This document shows, in pieces, positions 47,929 through 57,916 of a stretch of 64,000 nucleotides of DNA. Within the stretch, counting starts at the first letter, position 1, and each line of letters opens with the position of its first letter. A program made the translations under genes and the position numbers. The DNA lies in contig DASZCS010000012.1 in the NCBI GenBank assembly GCA_035942855.1, positions 33,198 to 97,197 of the forward strand, given 5' to 3'. The stretch comes from Pyrinomonadaceae bacterium (lineage in GTDB: Bacteria; Acidobacteriota; Blastocatellia; Pyrinomonadales; Pyrinomonadaceae). The notes under the pieces are model-generated. The model was not told where the DNA came from and did no database searches. It saw only the letters and a list, made by a program, of their open reading frames with translations.

Positions 47929-49044
47929 GTGAAGATCGCTTCAATCGAACTGCGAGAGATTCGCCTGCCGCTCATACATTTTTTCGAAACCAGTTTCGGC
48001 CGCACGACCGAGCGCCGAATTTTGCTCGTGCGTGTCGTGGACACTGAAGGCACGGAAGGCTGGGGCGAATGCACGGCGGGCGAAGGGCCTTTTTACAGCG
48101 AAGAGTGGACTGAGAGCGCCTGGACGGTGATCAAAAATTACCTCGCGCCGATGTGTGTGGGGCGCGAAGTGGAGAGCGCGCGTGAAGCGTCGGCGCTTAT
48201 GCGCGCGGTGCGCGGCAATCGAATGGCGAAGGCCGCGATTGAGACGGCGTGCTGGGACATCGAAGCACGCCGCGCGAATGTGCCGCTCTGGCAGTTGCTA
48301 GGCGGCGTGCACGAAGAGATCGCGTGCGGCGTCTCCATCGGCATACAGGACACGCCCGAAGCTCTGCTCGACAAGATCGAACGCGAACTCACCGCCGGAT
48401 ACCAGCGCATCAAGATCAAGATCAAACCGGGTTGGGACGCAGGCATCGTCCAATGCGTGCGCGCGCAGTTTCCGGACATACAGTTGATGGTTGACGCCAA
48501 CTCGGCTTACACGCTCGCAGACGTTTCGCTGTTCCGGCAGTTGGACGAGTACAACCTGATGATGGCCGAGCAGCCTCTGGCTTACGACGACATGTTCGAC
48601 CACGCGCGCTTGCAGCGAGAGATCAAGACGCCCGTGTGTCTGGACGAATCCATTCGTTCGAGCGAAGATGCGCGGAAGGCCATCGAGTTGGGCGCGTGCC
48701 GCATCGTCAACGTGAAGTTGGGACGCGTCGGCGGGCACGGCGAGGCGCAGGCGGTGGAGCGTGTGTGCCGCGAGCGAGGTGTGCCCGTGTGGTGCGGCGG
48801 CATGTTGGAATCCGGCATCGGGCGCGCGCACAACATCGCCATGGCGACGCTCGCGGGCTTCACTTTGCCCGGCGACGTTTCGGCCAGCGCGCGTTATTGG
48901 GAAGAGGAGATCATCGAGCCGCCCGTCACCGTCACGTCACGCGGCACTATCACTGCACCAGACGCGCCCGGACTCGGTTTCGAGATCAGACGCAAACGTA
49001 TCGACTCGCTGACGGTGAGAAAAGAAAGCTACACGGCCGATTGA
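47929..49044 (+). CDS. enolase-superfamily o-succinylbenzoate synthase / N-succinylamino-acid racemase family enzyme
   Basis: GTG with AAGGAG 7 nt upstream. KxK motif RIKIKIKPG, metal ligands in VDANSAY / MAEQP / CLDES, and the second catalytic Lys in [10 protein letters not shown]. It closely resembles the Amycolatopsis NAAAR as I recall that sequence. Confidence 0.85.
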   Translation: MKIASIELREIRLPLIHFFETSFGRTTERRILLVRVVDTEGTEGWGECTAGEGPFYSEEWTESAWTVIKNYLAPMCVGREVESAREASALMRAVRGNRMAKAAIETACWDIEARRANVPLWQLLGGVHEEIACGVSIGIQDTPEALLDKIERELTAGYQRIKIKIKPGWDAGIVQCVRAQFPDIQLMVDANSAYTLADVSLFRQLDEYNLMMAEQPLAYDDMFDHARLQREIKTPVCLDESIRSSEDARKAIELGACRIVNVKLGRVGGHGEAQAVERVCRERGVPVWCGGMLESGIGRAHNIAMATLAGFTLPGDVSASARYWEEEIIEPPVTVTSRGTITAPDAPGLGFEIRRKRIDSLTVRKESYTAD

Positions 49045-49067
49045 GCTTAAGAGCGGAAGATTGACGA

Positions 49068-50246
49068 GTGCATATGCCTTTAGAGTTGAAACAGAGTGAG
49101 GCGAGGGCGCTGGCGGACTATTTCGCGGCGCGCGAAGGCGAATTGTTGTCGTTCATACGCGCGCTGGTGGAGACGGAATCTCCGTCGGGCGACAGGGAAG
49201 GCAACGGGGCGGTCGTCTCTCTGCTCGCAGATGCCGCGCACAGTCTCGGAGTCGAGACGGAAGTGACGCTTGAGTCCGATGCGACGTACGGCTCGCACCT
49301 GCTCTTGCGCGCGTTCCGTGCGACGAACGGCGACGCGCCGACAACGCTGATTCTGGGACACACGGACACTGTGCACCCGCGCGGCTCTATCCAAACGCGG
49401 CCGTGGCGCGAAGAGGGCGGGCGCATCTACGGCCCCGGCATTTTCGACATGAAGGCCAACTGCGCGCTCGCGCTCGAAGCGTTGCGCGCCTGTGCGACGC
49501 TCAACCTGCGCCCTGCAAGTCCCGTCTCCGTCCTCTTGACGTGCGACGAAGAGGTTGGGAGCCATAGTGGACGCGCTCTGATTGAAGCTGAATCGCGCCG
49601 CGCGGCGCGCGTGCTCGTCTTCGAACCTTCCGCGCCGGGCGGCCGTGCCAAGACTGCGCGCAAAGGCACGAGCAGCTATACGCTCCGCGCCGAAGGCATC
49701 GCCGCACACGCCGGGCTTGACCCGGAGAAGGGTGCGAGTGCCGTGCTGGAGATCGCGCGACAGATAGAGCATGTGCATAAACTCAACGACCTGTCGCGCG
49801 GCCTGACCGTGAATGCGGGCGTCGTCGCGGGCGGGACGCGTTCAAACGTCGTTGCCTCGGAAGCGCATGCGGAAGTTGACGTGCGTTTCAGCACGATGGG
49901 CGATGCGCTCAGGATGGACGAGACGTTTTTGAATCTGCGTCCCTTCGACGAACGCGTCAAACTCTCGGTCGAGGGCGGCATCAATCGCCCGCCGCTCGAA
50001 AGAACCGGCGCGGTCGTGGCGCTCTACGAGCAGGCGCGGCGTATCGCTTCCGTGTTGAATTTCGAGTTGGGCGAGGCGAGCGTCGGCGGCGCGTCGGACG
50101 GAAACTTCGCGGCGGCCGTCGGCGCGACCGTCCTCGACGGTTTAGGCATCGCGGGCGACGGCGCGCACGCCGCACACGAACACATCATCAGGGAAGACAT
50201 CGCACGGCGCGGCGCGCTTCTGGCCGCTCTGCTCGTCACGCTCTGA
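49068..50246 (+). CDS. M20-family metallo-amidohydrolase (aminoacylase/carboxypeptidase-like)
   Basis: LILGHTDTVHP, GPGIFDMKAN and LTCDEEVGS. Confidence 0.8.
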   Translation: MHMPLELKQSEARALADYFAAREGELLSFIRALVETESPSGDREGNGAVVSLLADAAHSLGVETEVTLESDATYGSHLLLRAFRATNGDAPTTLILGHTDTVHPRGSIQTRPWREEGGRIYGPGIFDMKANCALALEALRACATLNLRPASPVSVLLTCDEEVGSHSGRALIEAESRRAARVLVFEPSAPGGRAKTARKGTSSYTLRAEGIAAHAGLDPEKGASAVLEIARQIEHVHKLNDLSRGLTVNAGVVAGGTRSNVVASEAHAEVDVRFSTMGDALRMDETFLNLRPFDERVKLSVEGGINRPPLERTGAVVALYEQARRIASVLNFELGEASVGGASDGNFAAAVGATVLDGLGIAGDGAHAAHEHIIREDIARRGALLAALLVTL

Positions 50247-50291
50247 GCGCGCCAGCGGACGATTTGCAGCCGATTTTCGAAGCGCAAGTTT

Positions 50292-50756
50292 ATGCGAATC
50301 CTTGAGGCCGCATCGCGCGAAGAGTTGGAAGGGGCGCGCGAACTGTTCGCGGAATACGCCTCGTCGCTCGGCGTCGATCTCGGCTTTCAGAATTTCGCAG
50401 AAGAGGTCGGTCATCTGCCCGGCGATTACACGCCGCCCGGCGGGTGTCTGCTGTTGGCCGCGGACGATACGGAGTTGGCGGGCTGCGCGGCGTTGCGGAA
50501 GTTCGCGGCAGGCGTGGGCGAGATGAAGCGTCTTTACGTGAGGCCGCAGTTTCGCGGGCGACGCGTAGGGCGCATGCTGGCCGAAGCAATCGTCGAGCGT
50601 GCGCGCACCATCGGTTACGAACGCGTGTGGCTCGACACTTTGCCGACGATGCAGGAAGCCATCGCGCTCTACGCCTCGCTCGGTTTCGCTCCGGTCGCGC
50701 CTTATCGTTACAACCCCGTCGCAGGCACGCTGTTCATGGAGTTGAAGCTGAAATGA
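50292..50756 (+). CDS. GNAT-family N-acyltransferase
   Basis: 154 aa with motif [16 protein letters not shown] and FYASLGF-like [11 protein letters not shown]. Confidence 0.8.
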   Translation: MRILEAASREELEGARELFAEYASSLGVDLGFQNFAEEVGHLPGDYTPPGGCLLLAADDTELAGCAALRKFAAGVGEMKRLYVRPQFRGRRVGRMLAEAIVERARTIGYERVWLDTLPTMQEAIALYASLGFAPVAPYRYNPVAGTLFMELKLK

Positions 50757-50819
50757 ATGTCGCACGCCGCCGGAGAAGTTGAATTGACTTTCGCACACCA
50801 AAGGAGAGGATCAAGATTC

Positions 50820-52574
50820 ATGCCCCGCTTGCGCATCGCGGTCTTATTTCTACTCGCCATCCTGTTCACCTGCACGCCTCTGTCCGAACTGCGTCCCATA
50901 GCGACGCGCTCGTCTGTCGCCGTCGCGGCCTCGCGCGACCCTGTACGAGCGCCGCGCGGGATGGTCGCTTCGACGAATAAACTGGCGTCCGAAGTCGGCG
51001 TCGATATTTTGAAGCGCGGCGGGAACGCGGTGGACGCGGCCATCGCCGTGGCCTTCGCGCTCGCAGTGACTTACCCTGCGGCGGGAAACCTCGGCGGCGG
51101 CGGCTTCATGATGATCCGTCTGCGCGACGGGCGCACGACCGCCATCGATTACCGCGAGATGGCTCCGCAGGCGGCGACGCGCGACATCTATCTGGACAAG
51201 CAGGGCAATCTGATCAAGGGCGAAGGCTCTTCAACCATCGGCTATCGCGCGGCGGGCGTGCCGGGCACGGTGGCGGGGATGGAGATGGCGCTCAGGAAAT
51301 ACGGTTCGGGGCGTCTGACCTGGGCGCAGTTGGCCGAGCCTGCGCGGCGTCTCGCGGCCGAAGGTTTCACGGTCAGCCACCAATTTGCGCGAGGTTTGCG
51401 TGCGAGCGACGACCTGCTCGGCCGCTACGCCGACAGCAAGCGCATCTTCCTAAACAACGGTCGCTACTTCAAAGAAGGCGACACGATACGCCAGCCGGAA
51501 CTCGCCGCCACCTTCGCGCGTTTGCAGCGCGGCGGGGCGCGCGAGTTTTACGAAGGCGAGACGGCGCGGCTCATCGCCGAAGACATGCGACGCAACAAAG
51601 GCTTGATGACGCTCGACGACCTGCGCGGCTACGTGGCGAAAGAGCGCACGCCCATCCGCACGACCTATCGCGGCCATGAAGTGATCTCGATGCCGCCGCC
51701 ATCTTCGGGCGGCGCGGTGCTCATCGAGATGTTGAATATCTTGGAAGGCTACGACCTGCGGAGCATGAACTGGGCTTCGTCGGAAAAATATCATCTCGTA
51801 ACGGAGGCCATGCGGCGTGCTTTCGCAGACCGCGCCGAATACATGGGCGACGCGGATTTCGTCAACGTTCCCGTCGCCGGTCTGATCGATAAGAAGTATG
51901 CCGAGCGCCAACGCGCGAGCATCAACATGGAACGCGCTTCGACGAGCGCGGAGGTACGCGCCGGTCGTCCCGCCGGTTATGAGTCGGAGGAGACGACGCA
52001 CTTCACAGTGGTTGACGCGCAAGGGAACGCCGTCTCCAACACTTACACTTTGAACCTCGGTTTCGGCTCGGGCGTGACGGCGAAAGGGACGGGCGTTCTG
52101 CTCAATAACGAGATGGACGACTTCGCCGCGAAGCCGGGCACGCCGAACGCCTTCGGGTTGATTCAAGGCGAGCGCAACGCCGTCGCGCCGCGCAAGCGCC
52201 CGCTCTCGGCCATGACGCCGACCTTCGTGCTGCGCAAAGACGGCACGCTCTGGTTCACCATCGGCACGCCCGGTGGCCCCACCATCATCAACACGGTGTT
52301 GCAAGCGATCATCAACATCGTAGACCACGACATGGACATCCAGCAGGCCATAGACGCGCCGCGCATACATCATCAATGGCTGCCGGACGAAATCGTCCAT
52401 GAGCCTTACGGCCTGTCGGCCGACACGCAACGCGCGCTCGCCTCGCGCGGGCACAAACTGGCCGCACGCCCGCGCTACATGGGCGATGCACACGGCATCA
52501 TGATCGAGGAGAAGACCGGCATGCGTCTCGGCGCAAGCGACTCGCGGAACGAGGGCGCGGCCGTCGGATACTGA
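50820..52574 (+). CDS. ggt: gamma-glutamyltranspeptidase
   Basis: ATG at 50820 with AAGGAGAGGA upstream and a signal peptide (RIAVLFLLAILFTCTP). Autoprocessing Thr context ETTHFTVVD, plus GTPGGPTIINTVLQ. Confidence 0.9.
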   Translation: MPRLRIAVLFLLAILFTCTPLSELRPIATRSSVAVAASRDPVRAPRGMVASTNKLASEVGVDILKRGGNAVDAAIAVAFALAVTYPAAGNLGGGGFMMIRLRDGRTTAIDYREMAPQAATRDIYLDKQGNLIKGEGSSTIGYRAAGVPGTVAGMEMALRKYGSGRLTWAQLAEPARRLAAEGFTVSHQFARGLRASDDLLGRYADSKRIFLNNGRYFKEGDTIRQPELAATFARLQRGGAREFYEGETARLIAEDMRRNKGLMTLDDLRGYVAKERTPIRTTYRGHEVISMPPPSSGGAVLIEMLNILEGYDLRSMNWASSEKYHLVTEAMRRAFADRAEYMGDADFVNVPVAGLIDKKYAERQRASINMERASTSAEVRAGRPAGYESEETTHFTVVDAQGNAVSNTYTLNLGFGSGVTAKGTGVLLNNEMDDFAAKPGTPNAFGLIQGERNAVAPRKRPLSAMTPTFVLRKDGTLWFTIGTPGGPTIINTVLQAIINIVDHDMDIQQAIDAPRIHHQWLPDEIVHEPYGLSADTQRALASRGHKLAARPRYMGDAHGIMIEEKTGMRLGASDSRNEGAAVGY

Positions 52575-52684
52575 GGAAGTGACGTGTGACAAGTGACGAG
52601 TTGAAGACAAGCGGCGACTGATGTGCGACAGCGTGCGGCGAGTTGTGAATCGGAAACAAAGTCGTGCGTGAATCGTAAACTGAA

Positions 52685-52777
52685 AGTCTCTTCTTTGCGT
52701 CCTCCGTCTTTGCTTTGCGCCTTTGCGTGAAATTTATCGTTGCTAAAGAAGAGTCTCTTGCAAAGGCGCGAAGGAAG
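52685..52777. repeat. palindromic element, CGCAAAGG family (ggt / pepP spacer)
   Basis: GCGCCTTTGC (52718-52727) pairs with GCAAAGGCGC (52760-52769). It shares CGCCTTTGCGTGAAA and GCAAAGGCGCGAAG with the element at 35405-35503, but in swapped order. Confidence 0.7.
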
Positions 52778-52789
52778 AATGAGTGGTAA

Positions 52790-54511
52790 ATGTTGAACTT
52801 AGCTTTGGCTGAAATGAGGTTTTGGGGCATGTGTAAAAGGCGTGTGGGGGTTGGGTTGTTGGCGTCGTTGTTGGTGGCGTGTGTGGTAGGCGGGGGTGCG
52901 AGGCCGGTCAGTTCGCAGAGCAGCGTGGCGGTTGCGCCTTCTACGCCGACCGCGATCCGTGTGACGCCGCCTGCCCCCGTCTTTGAGGCGCAGGCGCGGC
53001 TGGCCGAACTTGCAGCGCGGCGTGCGCGCGTGGCGAAAGAGATCGGGCAGCAGTCCATGCTGGTGCTCTTTAGCGGCGAGCCGCGCGTCTATACGAACGA
53101 CGTCGATTACGAATTCCGGCAGGAGAACAACCTCTATTACCTGACCGGGCTGGCACAAACGCGCGCCACGCTCGTCCTCATCCCCGGCCACACGACGACG
53201 CCGGAGATTCTGTTCATCCCGCGCCGCAACCCTGCGGCCGAGACGTGGACGGGGCACATGTACAGCCCCGAAGAGGCGCGCTCTCTCTCAGGCATCGGCG
53301 AGATTTGGGAGGCCAGAGAGTTCGAGCCGTTCATGAACGCGATCCGCGCGCGCCGTGCGTACCGGCCGAAAGACGAGTCCGTGTTGATGTCGAGCATCCG
53401 GACGCCTGCGCCCACCCCGACCCCCGCGGCGACGCCGCCCACCAGCGCGGCACAGATCACCAGCCTGCCTGCGCCGCAGAACGCGGGAGGCTTCGAGAGT
53501 TTGTTCGGCGCGATGGCGCAAAAAAACGCGTCGCTTTATTTGTTGATTCCGGGCGGCGAGGGCGAGAGCCGCGAGTTTCGACAGGAGCAGACGTTTGCGT
53601 CGCGCTGGGCGCAGTCTTCGACGGGGCTGACGGTGCGCGATGCATGGCCGATCTTTACAGAGATGCGCCTGCGCAAGTCGCCTTCGGAGTTGCAACTCTT
53701 GCAGCACGCCATAGACATCACGATTGAGGCTCTGGGTCGCGCGATGGCCGTCGCGGGGCGTTCAAAGTGGGAATACGAAGTCGAAGCGGAAGTTGACTAC
53801 ACCTTCAAACGAAGGCACGCCGACAACTGGGGCTATCCTTCAATCGTCGGCTGCGGGCCGAACGCGACGACGCTGCACTACGTCGAATCCGAAGGGCCAG
53901 TCAACGCAAACGATCTGCTGCTGATGGACGTGGGCGCTGAATACGGCCATTACACGGCCGACGTGACGCGGACGTTTCCGGTGGGCGGGAAGTTCACTCC
54001 GGCGCAGGCGGACATTTACAACGCCGTGCTGGCGGCGCAAGAGGCTTCGATGGCAGCGGCGCGACCGGGCAACACGTTTGCGGACGTAAATCGCGCTTCT
54101 GTCGAAGTCATCAAGGACGCGCTTCTTCGTCTCGGACTGATCACGGATCGCAACTCATTCCAACACGCGCGCTGGTTCATGCACGGCACTTCGCACTGGC
54201 TCGGCATGAACGTGCACGACGTGGGCGCGATGAACACGCGTTTCGAGCCGGGCATGGTCTTCACCATCGAACCCGGCATCTACATACGCCCCGACGCGCT
54301 CGACACGCTGCCGAAGACGGAGGAGAACCGGAAATTCATAGAGGCCGTGCGCCCGGCTTTCGAGAAGTACAAGGGCATCGGCGTCCGCATCGAAGACGAC
54401 GTGGTCATCACCGCCGACGGCCACCGCAACATGTCCGCCGCGCTCCCGCGCACGCTCGCCGACGTGGAGAACTTCATGTCGCGCGCCGTGCGCGAGTTGC
54501 GCTCGAACTGA
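52790..54511 (+). CDS. pepP: secreted Xaa-Pro aminopeptidase (M24B)
   Basis: MDVGAEYGHYTADVTRTFP, HGTSHWLGMNVHD, EPGIY and GVRIEDDVV. It has an N-terminal signal/anchor and an internal Pro/Thr/Ala-rich insert. The start may be the Met at 52829. Confidence 0.85.
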   Translation: MLNLALAEMRFWGMCKRRVGVGLLASLLVACVVGGGARPVSSQSSVAVAPSTPTAIRVTPPAPVFEAQARLAELAARRARVAKEIGQQSMLVLFSGEPRVYTNDVDYEFRQENNLYYLTGLAQTRATLVLIPGHTTTPEILFIPRRNPAAETWTGHMYSPEEARSLSGIGEIWEAREFEPFMNAIRARRAYRPKDESVLMSSIRTPAPTPTPAATPPTSAAQITSLPAPQNAGGFESLFGAMAQKNASLYLLIPGGEGESREFRQEQTFASRWAQSSTGLTVRDAWPIFTEMRLRKSPSELQLLQHAIDITIEALGRAMAVAGRSKWEYEVEAEVDYTFKRRHADNWGYPSIVGCGPNATTLHYVESEGPVNANDLLLMDVGAEYGHYTADVTRTFPVGGKFTPAQADIYNAVLAAQEASMAAARPGNTFADVNRASVEVIKDALLRLGLITDRNSFQHARWFMHGTSHWLGMNVHDVGAMNTRFEPGMVFTIEPGIYIRPDALDTLPKTEENRKFIEAVRPAFEKYKGIGVRIEDDVVITADGHRNMSAALPRTLADVENFMSRAVRELRSN

Positions 54512-54544
54512 AGAGCGGGATTCAAGCGGCGCGGTTTTCAGCGG

Positions 54545-55660
54545 CTATGAGACAGGCTGTTGCGCTTCCTTCTGTGCCAATTGACCCATCTTCCGCTGTG
54601 CAAAGACAGTGACTAAAATCAAACTCAAACCGAGCAGGGCGAGGGCGAAGGGAAACAGGAAAGAGTCTTTGAAAACTTCATAAGCCAGATGGCCGAGATA
54701 GACATGGACGCCGAGCACGCCGAAGACGAGGAAAACGGCGCGGCGCGTTTTGACCGCGAGGACGATCAGACCGATGTTGATGAGCGCGTAAACGGCGCGT
54801 CCCAGTTCCGAATCGCTGTCGATCATTGTGAGGCCGCCCCAGAAAGCAAGCGTCCCGAAGAGATAACACCAGAAAGCGTAATCTTCGGTTTGCGCTTCGC
54901 CGCTTCTCCGGCGCATTTGTTCAAGCCCGTAGCCGACCGCCAGTGTGATCAAACCGACGACGATGCTCGTCCACGCGCGGCCTTGGGTGTTCCAGGAATC
55001 CCGTCCGACAAACCATTCGGCCACATCCATAGAAAAGAACCAGAAGGAGAAAGCCAGCGGCGCGGTTAAGAAACCGAAGTGCACAAAGCGCAATGCCAGC
55101 AGCGCGGCGGCCATCGTCGCCAGTTCCATCACGATCCACGAACCTTTGATCAAGGGATAGTAATTTTCATACGCACCCGGATGATCGCCCGGCCAGAGGC
55201 CGAGCATCGCCTCAATCGTATAAACCAAGAGCGGCGTCAGTGAGACGGCTACGGTGATGAGCAACCCGCCGCCCACCGGATAGCCTCTCGCACGCAAAAA
55301 CCTGCCCACTCCAATCGCGATCAACATGTAGACGACGACGGTAGCTAAGATACCCGCGTTGCCGAGCGCTTCCCACTTGCTGCCGAGAAACCACGCGCAG
55401 GCCGAGATCATCAGTAACGCACCGAAGTAGTAAGCTACCGTGACGGCGTTAAAGCCCTTGCTCTGTTCAGGCGCGGACGTGGAGGGTTCGGGCGCGGAGG
55501 GACAGTTGAAACGATGCACGGATGCCCACTCGATTAACCGTTCGGCATCGCCCACGGAGATGATGCCTTCCGCACCTGCCCGCCGGATGTCGGCGTGGGT
55601 GAGTAACTGTTCGCTGTCTGAGTGCGAGACGGGTGAAGTTGGCATCGTCTCTCCCTTCAA
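54545..55660 (-). CDS. hypothetical polytopic membrane protein (DUF2157-like architecture)
   Basis: A soluble N-terminal ~60 aa (GIISVGDAERLIEWA) is followed by about 9 hydrophobic segments. No catalytic motif seen. Confidence 0.55.
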   Translation of the reverse strand: MKGETMPTSPVSHSDSEQLLTHADIRRAGAEGIISVGDAERLIEWASVHRFNCPSAPEPSTSAPEQSKGFNAVTVAYYFGALLMISACAWFLGSKWEALGNAGILATVVVYMLIAIGVGRFLRARGYPVGGGLLITVAVSLTPLLVYTIEAMLGLWPGDHPGAYENYYPLIKGSWIVMELATMAAALLALRFVHFGFLTAPLAFSFWFFSMDVAEWFVGRDSWNTQGRAWTSIVVGLITLAVGYGLEQMRRRSGEAQTEDYAFWCYLFGTLAFWGGLTMIDSDSELGRAVYALINIGLIVLAVKTRRAVFLVFGVLGVHVYLGHLAYEVFKDSFLFPFALALLGLSLILVTVFAQRKMGQLAQKEAQQPVS

Positions 55661-55696
55661 GCCGTGAATACAGGTTTTTCGGACAGCGGCGACGGG

Positions 55697-57916
55697 CTAT
55701 TCGTAGCTGAGCGCGTCCACAGCATCCTGGCGTGCGGCGCGGAGGGCTGGGTAGAGCGCGCCGATGCTGCCGCCGACGACGCCGATGAGGAGCGAAATCA
55801 AAACCCAGCGCGGTTCGATCTCGACGCTCAGGCTGCTGACCCGCATCAAGGCGAAGCGCGCCGCAAACGTCAGCACCAATCCCAACAAGACGCCGAGCAC
55901 GCTCACCAAAAGCGCCTCCTGCTCGATCACCCAGGCGATGGTTGTGTTTGACATGCCGAGCGATTTCAAGATGCCGATCTGGCGCGTGCGTTCAGTCACC
56001 GTCGTGTACATCGCAAGCAGGATGACGAGCATGCTGATGGCTGCGGCGATAGCGACCACGACGCTGATGAAGACGTTCAGGGCGGGCACGCCCGTCGCGT
56101 AGAGTTCCGGCAGGTCGCGCGTGAAGATGATCTGGTCTTCGGGAAACGCTTGATGAATGCGTTCGGCCAGCGCGTCCTGCTCGGCCGGATTCGCGGCAGC
56201 GACGAGGATGCTCGTGCAACTCGCTTCGCTTCCCACCTCTTCCTGCATCGTCTTGAGCGGAATCTTGATGCGCGCGCCGCCGGGCGGTTCGTAGATGCCG
56301 ACGATGCGGAAGGGGCGACCGTAAAGTTCGAGCGTGTCGCCGACGCGCGCCTTGCGTTGTTCGATCCAGATAGGATCGACGATTGCCACATCGCCGCTGT
56401 CGGGAAGCGTCTGGCCTTCGACCATGCGCGTGCCCGCGAGTTGGGCGTAAGAGTTAAACTCGATGCCGTCGACGAGGCGGACGCCGAAGCCCGTGTCGCT
56501 GCTGGCCGTCGTCTGGCCGAGAGGGACGGCGGCGCGCACGCCCTCGATGCGCGCAATCTCAGCGGCGTGTGAGACGGGCATGGCAAAGGGTTGCGAACCG
56601 CTCAAGCCTACAGTGCCCGAAGCGCGCAGCATGATCTCCGCGCCGACGCCCGCTTCGCGCCGCCCGCGTTCGCGCAAAACTCCGTGCGCCAATCCGACCG
56701 TGAAGACGATGAGCAAGACGCCGACGGCGATTCCCGCGATGCTCACCAGCGTGCGCGCCGGGCGGTGTGCGATGTTTGAGAGAACGAGATTGTCCATAGC
56801 TTTTTGTAAACGCGGATGGCGCTCGATCAGGCGTCTGGTCGCTTCGGGAACTGTGCCGGTGGCGAGCATGGCGAGGCCGATGGCCGTCCAGAAGATCATC
56901 CCGGCCTTGCGCACGAGCGCGAGCGTCACGCCGGTCGCGGCGGCAAATCCGAGCGTGCGCAGGATGACTTCTGTGCCGCCCTCGTAGACGCCGATGGTCG
57001 CGGGCACGAAGCCGAAGACGAAATTGATCACCTTGGTCAGAGATTCGATCACGTAAGGCGCGTCGAAGCCGGGGCGGAAGCCGAGCATCCGCAGGGTGAC
57101 GTAGACTTCAGAGACGCTCGATACGTGCGCCAGAAGATCGAAGGCGACGATCAGGAAGAAAGAGCCGCGACGGTCTTGGTAAAAATCGTGGATGTTGGAT
57201 TCGAGTTCAGAGATGTGTGCTCGGCGGCGTGCGAGTGCGCGCGGCTCGAAACCGCGCGCGGCCAGTCGTTCGATGAACCACGTCAGAGGCATCACGCGGC
57301 GTGAGGCGGCAAAGCCCACGAGGAGCAGAGTCAGCATCGCCGACGTTGCGATCAGCAGCAGCGTGTAGTGCGCGGCGTCCGGCAAGTCGTAGGAAGCGAG
57401 CATGACGCACGCGCCGCTCAGGATAAAGAGCGCGACCGAGAGGTTGTAGAGCAGGTTGTCGACCACGAGCGCCTGCACGCCCATCGCGAGCGGAACGCGT
57501 TTGCGCAGGAGCGCGGCCTTCGTCGCCTCGCCGAGCAGCGGCCCCGTAAAGGTGAGAAAAGAGATCGCTTCGCCGCTCAGGCGCGTGGTGAACGCTTGCC
57601 AGAGATTGAAACGACGATGACCGGGCGGGACGGCCAGATACATCGGCACGGCGCGAAAGAAATGGCGCGTGCCGCTGATGCCGAGCAGGACGAAGAAGCC
57701 CAGACCGATGCGCGCCAGCGTGTCGAAGATTGATTGCACGCCGACGCGGTTGACGACGTAGACGAGCAGCGCCAGCCCGAACGCGAAAGCGATGAGTTGC
57801 ATCCAGACGACGCGGCGACTGCCTTTGCGCGTCGCACGTTCGGCGCGGGATGCGTCGGCCGCTTCGTCCTTCCCGACCGTCGCGTCTGTTCTGACTTTCT
57901 CTTCGACCGAGATCAA
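55697..57916 (-). CDS. fusion protein: N-terminal flippase-like/LPG-synthase-TM (UPF0104-like) domain plus a C-terminal MacB/FtsX-type ABC permease
   Basis: The C-terminal half has TM1, a ~210-aa extracytoplasmic domain and then the FtsX motif TERTRQIGILKSLGMS with 3 TM segments. The N-terminal ~350 aa has about 8 TM segments with UPF0104-like character. The TTG start overlaps the upstream stop (TTGA). Confidence 0.65.
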   Translation of the reverse strand: MISVEEKVRTDATVGKDEAADASRAERATRKGSRRVVWMQLIAFAFGLALLVYVVNRVGVQSIFDTLARIGLGFFVLLGISGTRHFFRAVPMYLAVPPGHRRFNLWQAFTTRLSGEAISFLTFTGPLLGEATKAALLRKRVPLAMGVQALVVDNLLYNLSVALFILSGACVMLASYDLPDAAHYTLLLIATSAMLTLLLVGFAASRRVMPLTWFIERLAARGFEPRALARRRAHISELESNIHDFYQDRRGSFFLIVAFDLLAHVSSVSEVYVTLRMLGFRPGFDAPYVIESLTKVINFVFGFVPATIGVYEGGTEVILRTLGFAAATGVTLALVRKAGMIFWTAIGLAMLATGTVPEATRRLIERHPRLQKAMDNLVLSNIAHRPARTLVSIAGIAVGVLLIVFTVGLAHGVLRERGRREAGVGAEIMLRASGTVGLSGSQPFAMPVSHAAEIARIEGVRAAVPLGQTTASSDTGFGVRLVDGIEFNSYAQLAGTRMVEGQTLPDSGDVAIVDPIWIEQRKARVGDTLELYGRPFRIVGIYEPPGGARIKIPLKTMQEEVGSEASCTSILVAAANPAEQDALAERIHQAFPEDQIIFTRDLPELYATGVPALNVFISVVVAIAAAISMLVILLAMYTTVTERTRQIGILKSLGMSNTTIAWVIEQEALLVSVLGVLLGLVLTFAARFALMRVSSLSVEIEPRWVLISLLIGVVGGSIGALYPALRAARQDAVDALSYE

